From a virus (Duplodnaviria; Heunggongvirae; Uroviricota; Caudoviricetes), in the IMG/VR virus record IMGVR_UViG_3300024298_000005: a DNA stretch of 64,000 bases; one strand, written 5' to 3'. Of the stretch, positions 36,820-46,897 are shown piece by piece. How positions within the stretch are numbered: the first letter of the stretch is position 1; each line of letters opens with the position of its first letter. Both the position numbers and the translations under genes were made by a program. The notes under the pieces were generated by a model. It had not been told where the DNA came from. It saw only the letters and a program-made list of their open reading frames with translations, and did no database searches.

Positions 36820-37209
36820 ATGCAACAGCGTGCCGGACTACTATTTCTTGCCAAAAAAACAGAACGGATTTTGTTAATCTTAGAAGATTACAAATGGACC
36901 GTTCCTACTTTTCCAAGACAAAATACTTTATTAGAAGATGCCCAGGGTCTTTTAAGAGATTATTCTCAGGGTAGAATATTACCTATTGAATTATATCTTA
37001 GCGAAGATAAGGGGTTTGAATACGGCACTTATGTTTGTTTAGTTGAAGAAGAATTTTTAACAAGGGCTAGCCCAACAATATGTTGGAGCAGCATCGAATA
37101 CTTGCCTAAAAATCTTCATAATGGTTTAAAAACCACACTAAATAATCAGCTTATTAAAACAAAAATTGAAACTATATTGGTCTTAGAAAATGATGAAAAT
37201 ACAAAATAG
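36820..37209 (+). CDS. degenerate Nudix-fold-like protein
   Basis: AGLLF...ILLIL...WTVP strands of a Nudix fold but no GX5EX7REUXEE box. Confidence 0.45.
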   Translation: MQQRAGLLFLAKKTERILLILEDYKWTVPTFPRQNTLLEDAQGLLRDYSQGRILPIELYLSEDKGFEYGTYVCLVEEEFLTRASPTICWSSIEYLPKNLHNGLKTTLNNQLIKTKIETILVLENDENTK

Positions 37210-37486
37210 CGAACGCTTCAAACAGGAATATCAAAAATTTCAAGAAAGAATTTCTTTGGTAACTGATTCTGATCTACAGAAAAAAATGATCGACATGCTA
37301 TTGACGATCAAATCTAGAGTTCAAGCACTTGATCAACAGCATGATCATGTCTTTTTAACAGGCAAGGTTCCTAATGACATTACTGAAACTAGAAACGATC
37401 TAACCCAAGTAAGACGTGAGTTAGATCGTATGTTGACTAGTTGGGAATCTTCGATTAAGCCTGTGCCTCACCCCAACGAAGAATAA
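37190..37486 (+). CDS. helical hypothetical protein (98 aa)
   Basis: ORF track; overlaps both neighbours. Confidence 0.5.
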   Translation: MMKIQNSERFKQEYQKFQERISLVTDSDLQKKMIDMLLTIKSRVQALDQQHDHVFLTGKVPNDITETRNDLTQVRRELDRMLTSWESSIKPVPHPNEE

Positions 37487-40400
37487 TTGATCCTGGCGTT
37501 GCGGTTCCTGTAACCTTATACACGTTAATAGCTAGTACGTCTGGCCCGTTCGGGAACGCACCTCTACCACCAATAGCTGTAGTTGTTAATTCTTTAAGTT
37601 CAGTTAATGATATAGCTGTAGTGTTTCCTGGGTTAGCAACGAACGAGAATACCTGTTCACCCGGTAGCGCATACTGCGGATCACCAAACTGGAATGTAAC
37701 CGTACCTGCTGCACTAATAGTTGCACTAGAAGTTTGTGTAAATGTAACACGCTGTACAATTGTTGTTCCTAATTGTCTTGATGTTACTGAACCTACAGAA
37801 GTACCAGCTGGGAATTGTGTATAGCTGGTTGCAATACGAGTTCCTACCGATGCACTTGATGCATTCCAAGTTGCTGATGTAAAGAACAAATAGTTAGTAT
37901 TTGAGTAAGATGCTGCTGTACCTGCTGCCTGCACCGTTGTTGTTATGTTAGTGTTACCGGGAGATAAAGCATTACCATTGGCACTCATAACAATACGAGT
38001 ATAAGCAGTTCCTGCAATAGTTACATATGAAGTAGTAACACTTGCTACGGTTTGACTACTAATAACATAAGTTGTAGCACTTAAAATATCACCAACTTGA
38101 AGTTTTGATGCGGTATAATCTGCATTGGTTATTAAGAAATCGTTTCTAGCATTACTAAATGCACTAGCATAAGAAATAGATGCTGCGCTAGAAACGGTTA
38201 TTGATATATTAGAACTTGCCGGACTGGTTGCGTTTGCACCAGAACTCATATCAATCCTAGTATAAATTGTTCCTAAATATCCTCTAGTAATACCGGATAT
38301 AGATTGGCCACCGGTAATGTATGTTGCCGCTGCTAGTCGATCGCCAACACGTAATGGTGTTGTAGATAATAATGCATCATATGCAGTATTAAGAATATAG
38401 AACGTAATGTTTCCTAACTGCAACGCATTAGCATATCCTGAAATTCCTGCAGGATTAGCAATAGCAGTAATTGTATTCGATACGGTAGTAAATCCTCTAG
38501 CACTAATTGTTGTAGTTAATGCTCCTTGAACGGTAGCTGTTGTTGTAAACGGTGCAACACCACCCCAGTTAATAGAACCACCAAGTGCAATTTGTGCGAA
38601 GCTTGGTTGTCCACCAGATGCAGCACTGGATAAACCAGTCCAGGTAATCTTGGTAGGATCTGTTGGATAATTTCTTGGGTTTAAAATACCTTCAACAACA
38701 ATAGCACCCGTACCAGAGTCAGCAGTTAACGCAATTTCATTTAAGAGTAACTGCGCTCTGTTTAGCAGATCGCGTTCACCTAAATCTCCAACAATAGCGT
38801 TAGAAACTGAAGGCGCTAGTCGAATCATAAATGCTGTTTGTTTTGATGTTGTAAAACTCAAACCAGTTGACGCATAGTTAAAAATGTAACCGCGGTCTGT
38901 ATCAAACATACCGTCAGTTAGTAAAGCTGAACCCCAGTGACTAATTGTTGGGGTTGTTGTACAACTAATTAATTGAACTCCTGCATTTACTAAATGTGCT
39001 GCGGCTGTTCCTGCCGAGAAAGTTCTGTTTTGGCCTGCTGTAAAGGCTAAGAAAGAAGCATTTCTTGTACATCCTAGTAGTCTATTTCCAGATTTTCCAG
39101 AGTAAGAAATTAATTCGTTATCAACATATACGGTTCCAGTTGTTGGGAATCTTGATGCATCTGTAAGATCCATATAGTTTTGACCGGAATTCATAGCTGC
39201 TGATAATTTGCTAACTGCTGATCTATTTTCAACTTCGTAGCGCACAGGCAAGTTAGCAGTACGCATATACGCTTCGGTATTTACGTTAGAGTTTCTTACC
39301 TTATGTAAGAATACAAATCTACCATCAGCTCCACGAAGCATCCATTCTACAAAACCAGCAGCATACCATGAGTATTGCATACCTAACATCTGCATACGCC
39401 ATGGTAACATTTCGTAACCACTTGGTCCTGTTCCGTCAATAGGATCAATGTTCCAGTCACGTTGAGGAATATACAATTCTGTAGTTACACAGACTCTTGC
39501 TCCTGTAATAGAGTTTGCGCCGCGCCAGTCTGGAGCCATAGTCATTGATGTTTGACTTGCTATACTTGTTACAATATGGCTCATCCCACGAATAACAATT
39601 TTGTCTCCAACTTTTAATTGATCTTGGAACCTAGTATTTGTACCAGTTACGGTATTGCTGTCTAGTGTAATTGAAACGGTTCCTGTTAATTGGTTTGTAC
39701 TTGATCGACGAACCAACGCCATTTCTTGACCATCGTATTGATAGAATAAACCGTTTTGCTCATCAAATGCACCAATACGAACGGTTGATCCGTGCCAGCG
39801 TTTTAAAAGAACTTTGGCATCAGGTCCTAGTGTACCTGTGGTTGATGACAATGGTGCATTTGATCTAACACGGAATCTACGTGCATCAACAATACTTTCA
39901 ACGGTATAGTCACCATTAAATTCAAAATCTACCATACCAATAACTTCAATTTCTGCACCTGGTTGTAGTCCGTGGTCGTTGTCGTCACAGGTAAATGTAA
40001 TATAACTATTAATTACCGTGTCAGCTGCTGTAGCAGAGGCAAGTGTATAACTTGGTGCAAACAAACCACCGGTGGTATACATAATACCTTTACCAGATTG
40101 GTAACGAATGTATTTTTTACTTTGACGAATTGCCTGTGCACCGTGACTTGGATTACCAGTACCTAGCTGAACACCGCCGTCAAATGGTCTATGTGTAAAG
40201 AAAGTATCTGGACGAGCGTATAATACTCCGGTTAGTGCAGATGCTGAGGTATCGATTGTACCTGTTGTTCTAGCAGGAAATCTAATTTGAGTTGGTGTTG
40301 GAACTTGTGTTACTACATGAGGACCAGTTGCTAGTTGATGATTAGCTGATAACAAATCAATACTCATGGCGCTTGTACCGTTACCTACTACGGCAAATCT

Positions 40401-43400
40401 ACCAATACCTAAATATGTGGTATAGGCAATTTCTTCCCAAGTTGCTGTTCCTGTTGTAGTTCTTTCAGTAAATGAACCAGTTTCACCTGTAAATGATGTA
40501 AGTGCGCTGGTAGCACCGTCTGCAATAACAACAAAGTTGCTGTCACCGTAGGTACAATTATTCCAGTTTGCTCCAGAAGGTAATGTAACCGAAGTCCATG
40601 TTGTTCCAGTTGTTGAATAAGCTGCGGTTGCTGATCCTCTTGCTACTGCAAAGAATCTATTGTATCCGTAAGTTATTGAGCTCCATGTTGCTGAAGCAGG
40701 CAATGCTCCTGTAGCTGTCCATGTTAGTCCGTTATCAGCGGAATATGCTGCGGCTGTGCCGCCTGAAGCAATTGCCACAAAGTATGCTGACGATCCAATT
40801 AATCCTGCAGATACATCAGTCCATGTTGTCGAACTTGGTAATGCACCACCTGCTATCCAAGTTGCACCGTCTATCGAATATGCGGTTGCTGTGCCACCTG
40901 AAACAATTGCTACAAAATATCCTCCATAGAATGATACTGATGACCAAGATCCGGAAGATGGCATTGTTGCAGCAGTCCATGTTGTGCCGCCGTTAGTAGA
41001 AAATGCTGCGGCTGTGCCTCCACTGGCAATTGCTACAAATACATCATTTGCACCAATGGTTCCTGCGGCTGTTGCAACCCAATTTCCGCTCGAAGGCAAC
41101 GCTCCGCCTGCGCTCCATGATTGTCCATCTGTTGATCTTGCGGTGTTTGCAGAAGAACTACCTGTTGCAATGAACACGCCATTAAGAGCTGAAGTGCTTG
41201 ACCATGTAATTGAAGTTGGTAACGTTCTTGCTGTAGCAGTAAATCCCGGTGCTGGCTGTGATGAAATACTTGTTAAAATTGTAGTGCCTGGCAATAATCC
41301 GTGATTACTTGCAAAATCAACCTGAACGGTTGCAATAGCACCAACACTTAATGTTGTTCCGTCTGGAATTGCGCCAGTTAATGCTTCACTGATTGTTAAT
41401 GTTGGATAAACAGAAACCGTATCTCCTGCATAAGGAGTACCTGATGCAGATACTGCGCCAATTGTTCCTCCACCAGCCGAGGTAACGGTTAATATACAAT
41501 CATTAGTAGTCGACGATCCATCTAAACTTGAACCAGAAATTAAAATTCTATTTCCTACATTATAACCTGATCCACCTGCACCTACACCAGCACTAACTAC
41601 CGCTGAATAAACACCATCTGTTCTTGTAACATCAAATATTGCGCCTACGCCTGATACAAGTTCATTTGTAGCTGAAGTAATGTTATAACTAGCATCGCCT
41701 GTTGCACCAACGGGTGTTCCAATAAGTGTGTAGTCAACAATGCCGCCGGCAGTGACTCCATCTACACTAATTGTAATATCGTTATCTGGGCTTACACCGC
41801 CTAGGTCTGTTCCTGCCCATGTTACAAAATCTCCTTGAGCGTAATTATTACCCGGTGTTGAGAGAGTAATCTGATAAGCACCAGTACCACCTGTTCTTAC
41901 AACATTAATTTGAGCACCATTACCTGCGCCAGTTGTTGAAGATTGATTAATTGCAGTATATGTACCGCCGCCTGATATTCCTGTTCCAGAATATGTAAAT
42001 CCAGTAACACCTCCCTGACTATCTACACTAGATACGGTAACAATAATATCGTTGTCTGGGCTTGTGCCGCCTAGCGATGTTCCGAGAATTACAATTCTGT
42101 CTCCAACAACATATCCGTCTCCGTTAATTGTACTATCGCCTAAGTCAGTTACGGTATAGACACCACCGGATCTTGAAACAGCAAAATGAGCATTTGCTCC
42201 TGTGCTTTGAATATTTGTTCCGGTAACTGCAAGGTTAGATCCGTTAGCACCTAATTTAGTTAAGCCTAAGGCTGCGGATAAGTCTACTTGATTTCCGCCA
42301 ATTGCATTAATAACTAACGCTGCACCAGAACCACTTGAAATAACCATGCCCTGTTGAACGCCTGTTAAATCAACTAATTCAATTGATGTGTCTGCAGGAG
42401 TTGTACTTTCTTTATATCTTGCAGTAACCGTTCCAGAACCAATAACACCAGATACAGATGTACCCGCAGCAATATTTGGAGATCCTGAAATTGGTGATCC
42501 AATGGTTGGACTAGTTCCGTTGAACGCTATTTGATATGATCCAGATGCTGTTGTAAATTTTGAGCTTACACTTAGGGTTGATCCGTTGCTATACACAGAA
42601 AACGTTGGTTGTCCAATTGATGCTCCGGTATAAAAACCTGCTTGTCTAATCTGAGCAAAACTTGTAAACAGACTTTCTCCGTTAGTTGTTCCTACTTTAG
42701 CACTTGCATAATATGTAAATGACACAGAACTCGGTACACTATAAACTAAGAATGAACCTTCTGCACGAGCAAAACCGCTAACATTCGAACTAAGACCTTT
42801 TACCGTAATAGGTTGTTGTACGCTAAAACCGTGAGCTCCGGTTGTTGTTACCGTAATTAAAGAAGAACCAAAATAACCAGTATTAATTGATGCATCTGTG
42901 GTTATAGCTGAAACACTTAGGTCAGTTCCAGGCACTTCGTAAATAGAAGGATACATTCGAATTAAACCTAGTGCCTGCCATTTAGTAGGTTGTAATCCGT
43001 ACTCAAAGTCAGCGTCAAGCATGGCCTGCGGAGCAGCAACACGCATACGTTCAATAGCATCTGTACCAAATTGCCAAGGTCTAATTGTTTGGTATTCTTC
43101 TTCAACAAATATTTGTAGATTTGCCGATGATGTTAAATTTGATGTATCGTGAGACAAATAAATTGTAGTGATAGTATCAGTTGTTTGAAACCATGTTCTA
43201 AAATCAACATCACTTAATAAGTTACCGTCACCGCTAGAACGTCCTTGTTTATATTCTACAGATAATGTTTCTGTGGCGTCGGCAAAATTATAGATAATTT
43301 CACCGTCGTCTACATTAGTAATTAACAATAATTCATCTGGTGTAAATTTTCCTAATAGTCTAATAGAACTTACACCTGGAATCTTCGATGGCATTGCAGG

Positions 43401-43916
43401 AATACCGTCCTCGATAACCGAGCTGAATACATTCCATAATGCTGTATTGGCAGAATCTGCTCCTTCTTCGGCAGGTGCAGAAGGATATTTAATTTGAACG
43501 GTTACATTACCATATGATGGTGCAACCGTTTGATTTGTAAAAATATAATCATTAATAACATCTCTTAGATATTGTTGACCTGTTATCTCTGGGCTAACAT
43601 CGCCTCGAATTTGAGGTTCGCCGTTAATCCAAAAATAATCTGCAACTTGACGACATTTAACATTCCCGCCATATCTTAAATCGTGTATTATCGAATCAAT
43701 AAAATATCCAACGTCTCTAAAACATTTGTCTGATGCATAAGAGTAACCAGAGTAAGGTGCAATATTATTAGTAATTTGATTATTAATAAACGCAACTACT
43801 TGATTTTGTAAAAATGTTTTATTTGCTGTTAGTAATGCTACCGCATTAGGAAACAGGTTATCATTTTTACTAATCCCCGGTTCAAAAATATATTTTTTTA
43901 TCTGTCGTTTTGCCAT
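37455..43916 (-). CDS. giant tail/baseplate structural protein (2153 aa) with BNR-like propeller repeats
   Basis: Thr/Ser/Gly-rich; repeats such as LPSSTTWTDVS..YFVAIASGGTAAAYSADNG.TW; AAGGA RBS. Confidence 0.7.
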   Translation of the reverse strand: MAKRQIKKYIFEPGISKNDNLFPNAVALLTANKTFLQNQVVAFINNQITNNIAPYSGYSYASDKCFRDVGYFIDSIIHDLRYGGNVKCRQVADYFWINGEPQIRGDVSPEITGQQYLRDVINDYIFTNQTVAPSYGNVTVQIKYPSAPAEEGADSANTALWNVFSSVIEDGIPAMPSKIPGVSSIRLLGKFTPDELLLITNVDDGEIIYNFADATETLSVEYKQGRSSGDGNLLSDVDFRTWFQTTDTITTIYLSHDTSNLTSSANLQIFVEEEYQTIRPWQFGTDAIERMRVAAPQAMLDADFEYGLQPTKWQALGLIRMYPSIYEVPGTDLSVSAITTDASINTGYFGSSLITVTTTGAHGFSVQQPITVKGLSSNVSGFARAEGSFLVYSVPSSVSFTYYASAKVGTTNGESLFTSFAQIRQAGFYTGASIGQPTFSVYSNGSTLSVSSKFTTASGSYQIAFNGTSPTIGSPISGSPNIAAGTSVSGVIGSGTVTARYKESTTPADTSIELVDLTGVQQGMVISSGSGAALVINAIGGNQVDLSAALGLTKLGANGSNLAVTGTNIQSTGANAHFAVSRSGGVYTVTDLGDSTINGDGYVVGDRIVILGTSLGGTSPDNDIIVTVSSVDSQGGVTGFTYSGTGISGGGTYTAINQSSTTGAGNGAQINVVRTGGTGAYQITLSTPGNNYAQGDFVTWAGTDLGGVSPDNDITISVDGVTAGGIVDYTLIGTPVGATGDASYNITSATNELVSGVGAIFDVTRTDGVYSAVVSAGVGAGGSGYNVGNRILISGSSLDGSSTTNDCILTVTSAGGGTIGAVSASGTPYAGDTVSVYPTLTISEALTGAIPDGTTLSVGAIATVQVDFASNHGLLPGTTILTSISSQPAPGFTATARTLPTSITWSSTSALNGVFIATGSSSANTARSTDGQSWSAGGALPSSGNWVATAAGTIGANDVFVAIASGGTAAAFSTNGGTTWTAATMPSSGSWSSVSFYGGYFVAIVSGGTATAYSIDGATWIAGGALPSSTTWTDVSAGLIGSSAYFVAIASGGTAAAYSADNGLTWTATGALPASATWSSITYGYNRFFAVARGSATAAYSTTGTTWTSVTLPSGANWNNCTYGDSNFVVIADGATSALTSFTGETGSFTERTTTGTATWEEIAYTTYLGIGRFAVVGNGTSAMSIDLLSANHQLATGPHVVTQVPTPTQIRFPARTTGTIDTSASALTGVLYARPDTFFTHRPFDGGVQLGTGNPSHGAQAIRQSKKYIRYQSGKGIMYTTGGLFAPSYTLASATAADTVINSYITFTCDDNDHGLQPGAEIEVIGMVDFEFNGDYTVESIVDARRFRVRSNAPLSSTTGTLGPDAKVLLKRWHGSTVRIGAFDEQNGLFYQYDGQEMALVRRSSTNQLTGTVSITLDSNTVTGTNTRFQDQLKVGDKIVIRGMSHIVTSIASQTSMTMAPDWRGANSITGARVCVTTELYIPQRDWNIDPIDGTGPSGYEMLPWRMQMLGMQYSWYAAGFVEWMLRGADGRFVFLHKVRNSNVNTEAYMRTANLPVRYEVENRSAVSKLSAAMNSGQNYMDLTDASRFPTTGTVYVDNELISYSGKSGNRLLGCTRNASFLAFTAGQNRTFSAGTAAAHLVNAGVQLISCTTTPTISHWGSALLTDGMFDTDRGYIFNYASTGLSFTTSKQTAFMIRLAPSVSNAIVGDLGERDLLNRAQLLLNEIALTADSGTGAIVVEGILNPRNYPTDPTKITWTGLSSAASGGQPSFAQIALGGSINWGGVAPFTTTATVQGALTTTISARGFTTVSNTITAIANPAGISGYANALQLGNITFYILNTAYDALLSTTPLRVGDRLAAATYITGGQSISGITRGYLGTIYTRIDMSSGANATSPASSNISITVSSAASISYASAFSNARNDFLITNADYTASKLQVGDILSATTYVISSQTVASVTTSYVTIAGTAYTRIVMSANGNALSPGNTNITTTVQAAGTAASYSNTNYLFFTSATWNASSASVGTRIATSYTQFPAGTSVGSVTSRQLGTTIVQRVTFTQTSSATISAAGTVTFQFGDPQYALPGEQVFSFVANPGNTTAISLTELKELTTTAIGGRGAFPNGPDVLAINVYKVTGTATPGSIILRWGEAQA

Positions 43917-43926
43917 TTAATTTTCC

Positions 43927-44520
43927 TTATGCTCCAAATGCAATTGCAAAAGCAGTTACACGAGAGTCTACGTAATCTTTTCTTGTTGCATGATTATTTG
44001 CAGTAGGAGATGCACCCAATGTTACTACTCCTGTTATAGCAGTAGTTCCAGATACTTCTAAATCTTCTACGCTTGCTATACCCTGCACGGTTAGTTCTCC
44101 GGAACTATCTCCGGGACCAATGTTTACTGATTTAAAATTTGCGTCGGCTGGTTCTCTTAACCCAATATCAATATTGTCTATTGAGCCAACATCATTGGCA
44201 CTTTGTATAAAAACGTTTCCGTTAACAATATTGATATAAGGAGTTGATCCTTGTGCGACCGTAAAATCGCCGTCAATATTTAAAAATTCAAGTGTTCCTA
44301 CACGAGTTAGATAGCTGTATCTAATAATTTCAGAAAGAGAAATTGTTGAGTCAGATGCATCAATAACTGGGATTCCGTTAATTTCAAAATCACCGGTTGT
44401 ACTAATGTTTCCAGATACGGTAATTGAGCCGGTTACGATTAGGTCCCCCAGTTCATTGACTAGAAAACCCGGGCTTTTAAAGCCGCTTTTTGATTCAAAT
44501 GGTATGTAAGTTACTGACAT
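43927..44520 (-). CDS. short fibre-like structural protein (197 aa)
   Basis: Gly-repeat beta strands; PTANNHATRKDYVD motif typical of fibre proteins. Confidence 0.55.
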   Translation of the reverse strand: MSVTYIPFESKSGFKSPGFLVNELGDLIVTGSITVSGNISTTGDFEINGIPVIDASDSTISLSEIIRYSYLTRVGTLEFLNIDGDFTVAQGSTPYINIVNGNVFIQSANDVGSIDNIDIGLREPADANFKSVNIGPGDSSGELTVQGIASVEDLEVSGTTAITGVVTLGASPTANNHATRKDYVDSRVTAFAIAFGA

Positions 44521-44567
44521 AAAGCCCTCGCTATCCCCCCGACTTCAACTGCTACAAAGACTATGTG

Positions 44568-44575
44568 TATTTATA
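44568..44575 (-). promoter_or_regulatory. late promoter TATAAATA (leadered transcript for 43927..44520 and downstream)
   Basis: Full T4 consensus in the intergenic gap. Confidence 0.6.
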
Positions 44576-44585
44576 CGCAGCTTGA

Positions 44586-45023
44586 TTAAACTCTTGTAAG
44601 GTCGTTTAGGCTGTAAAAATAAGTGGCACTAAAAATCAACTTACCGCCTAATAAAAGGCTGGAATTGTCGTAAGTAGAACCGTCTGGACTAGACGCTGGC
44701 TGCGCCTTTAACTGAAGTTTTGACTCTGAAATTGTAGCTGTAATTTCCACTAAATTTTCGTTGATATTAGTTCTGCCGTAGATTGTAATATCTGCTTTAC
44801 CCGATCCTGCAACCACCAAACATTTAATCATTTCTTTTCTAATATTGCTAACATCAACAACAATAGTGTACTCTGCCGCGGCAAAATCCCCAACATACCA
44901 TTCGTCAATTAGGGTATCTGACGTAACTGGTATCCAAGGTCCTTTGTAGGAGAAATTAACTCCGTTTTGTAATCTTAGAGTATTTTTTAAACCACGTAGA
45001 AAGTATTTTGCAAAATTTAGCAT
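44586..45023 (-). CDS. hypothetical structural protein (145 aa)
   Basis: ORF track; AAEYTI.V...E.....V beta-sandwich-like pattern; 7 nt after TAAATA. Confidence 0.55.
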   Translation of the reverse strand: MLNFAKYFLRGLKNTLRLQNGVNFSYKGPWIPVTSDTLIDEWYVGDFAAAEYTIVVDVSNIRKEMIKCLVVAGSGKADITIYGRTNINENLVEITATISESKLQLKAQPASSPDGSTYDNSSLLLGGKLIFSATYFYSLNDLTRV

Positions 45024-45030
45024 AGTAGTG

Positions 45031-45036
45031 TATTTA
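45031..45036 (-). promoter_or_regulatory. late promoter box TAAATA, 7 nt before ATG 45023
   Basis: TAAATA-cactact-ATG after a terminator. Confidence 0.55.
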
Positions 45037-45045
45037 TCAGATAGT

Positions 45046-45067
45046 AAAAAAGCCCCTTTCGGGGCTT
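45046..45067 (-). terminator. rho-independent terminator (GAAA tetraloop)
   Basis: AAGCCCC-GAAA-GGGGCTT plus T-run. Confidence 0.85.
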
Positions 45068-45070
45068 TGT

Positions 45071-46897
45071 TTATTTGTTAGCAATTTTAACTAGTTTGCC
45101 ATATTCTGGCAAATATAGATACTCAATTTCGGACTGCTGTAAGGTCCACAAAGCATCTTCTAGTGTTTCGACTAACGGTTCACCGCCCAAGTTAAAGCTA
45201 GTATTGAATAAAATAGGAATTCCTGTTTCTTCTTTAAATGCTTTAATTAGATTATAATAGTGTGTATTTTGCTCTTCTGTAACCGTTTGGATTCGACAAG
45301 TTCCGTCTACGTGAATAATACTTGGAATCTTTTCAGCAACTCCCGGTTGACAATTTACAGCATACATCATAAATGGGCTATCTTTCATCCCTCGAAGATC
45401 AAACCACTCGTGTACATCATCTTGTAAAATTGTACCAGCAAATGGTCGGAAATATTCACGACGCTTAACCGTATTGACAAAATCCTTACCATCTTCAAAT
45501 GTTGGATCAAAGAGTACTGAACGATTTCCTAGGGCACGTGGACCGTTTTCCGAGCGTCCTTGGAAAATTGTAACAATATTTTTGTCACGTAACAGCTTAA
45601 CAATATCTTTGTGTGTAGCGTCAGTAAGTTCTCCACCAAAATCTTCAACTTGTTTTTTAATTTCTTCGTTGGTGTAAGATTGTGGTGGTCCGAGATAAAG
45701 TGTTGTACCTGGACGAATAGTTTCGTCATCTTGCATACCGTACCAGAACATGAGTGCTGCACCGATAGCAGTTCCAGCATCATTACTAATTGGTTCTACA
45801 TAAATTTCAATACCGTCATTTTTTAGTGCTTCTAGGTAATGATAATTTGCTACACAATTAAGACCATATCCGCCGCTGATCACAACACGATTTTTTCCGC
45901 TTTTTTCAACAGCTTTTCTAATTAATTTTACTACTTGTTCTTGAGTTTGTGTTTGAACAGCATATGCTAAGTCTCGACGACTTTGCAGATACGTAACATC
46001 ATCGGTTGGGTCTGCTGGGTACTCGTCAAGTTCGTCAAATAGTTGAGCATTAACCATTCCACTCATTGGATATTTTGGAACAATCACGTTTCTGTCTGTC
46101 AATGGAATCCGTGATCTTTCATCAAATAATGGAGGAATTTTATCATTTGGTTTACCATACGGGAACAATCCCATGGTTTTGCCTGCTTCAATTGCAGAAA
46201 ATCCACAATACTCAGTTACTGCTTCATAGGCCTTAACAATACCTGCATGATCAGTAATCCATGCTTCATGGGTATCACCGTCTTCTCCTATTGCATTACT
46301 TGGAAATTCTGGCGCATAATTAGCGGCTACTGCATCTCTTGCACCATAATGCTTATACAATGTTTTAAAATTTGCAGGATAATCGCAATCAACAATAGAT
46401 TCGACTTCCCAAACCCAAATTCCGTTATCCCCGTAACTCATTGGATAAAATGTTCCTGCACCGTCAACAACTAACGAAACGGCATCTTTCCAACCCGAAC
46501 GATAAAATGCGCAGGCTGCGTGTAGTTTGTGGTGCATAAAACTTAGGTCAATAACCTGAGGATGGCGATGCAGGTCGGGAACTTTACGATTAATCAAACC
46601 TAATTTTCTTGCTAGGCCTGTATAAACGTCATCGCCTGTATAATCAACTTTACCTGCTGTTTCATACAAGTTCTGAGTATGTGCAATAATCAAATAATCT
46701 AACTTATCTGTGTATTCTAAAATCTTTACCATTGAAGCAAACGGACCGCCATCGTATTTTTGACGACTTAGACGTTCTTCTTCAATGCTAAAAACAATTT
46801 CTCCATCTTTTAAAAGACACACTCCTGAGTTATGTCCTCGTGCAATAGCAGCAATCCAAACTGGTTTATCTGATTTACTAATTGATTTTACGGTCAT
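45071..46897 (-). CDS. O-carbamoyltransferase (NodU/CmcH/TobZ family)
   Basis: HHKLHAACAF, VVDGAG, GKTMGL.PYG, GG.GLNCVAN, DAGTAIGAA, GPRALGNRS, REYFRPFA, NTSFN..GEP. Confidence 0.9.
   Translation of the reverse strand: MTVKSISKSDKPVWIAAIARGHNSGVCLLKDGEIVFSIEEERLSRQKYDGGPFASMVKILEYTDKLDYLIIAHTQNLYETAGKVDYTGDDVYTGLARKLGLINRKVPDLHRHPQVIDLSFMHHKLHAACAFYRSGWKDAVSLVVDGAGTFYPMSYGDNGIWVWEVESIVDCDYPANFKTLYKHYGARDAVAANYAPEFPSNAIGEDGDTHEAWITDHAGIVKAYEAVTEYCGFSAIEAGKTMGLFPYGKPNDKIPPLFDERSRIPLTDRNVIVPKYPMSGMVNAQLFDELDEYPADPTDDVTYLQSRRDLAYAVQTQTQEQVVKLIRKAVEKSGKNRVVISGGYGLNCVANYHYLEALKNDGIEIYVEPISNDAGTAIGAALMFWYGMQDDETIRPGTTLYLGPPQSYTNEEIKKQVEDFGGELTDATHKDIVKLLRDKNIVTIFQGRSENGPRALGNRSVLFDPTFEDGKDFVNTVKRREYFRPFAGTILQDDVHEWFDLRGMKDSPFMMYAVNCQPGVAEKIPSIIHVDGTCRIQTVTEEQNTHYYNLIKAFKEETGIPILFNTSFNLGGEPLVETLEDALWTLQQSEIEYLYLPEYGKLVKIANK

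Noticed and set aside
34041-37486. Plus-strand neck block as an invertible segment
   Set aside because: No flanking inverted repeats or recombinase were seen. The strand switch is explained by a back-to-back late promoter pair.
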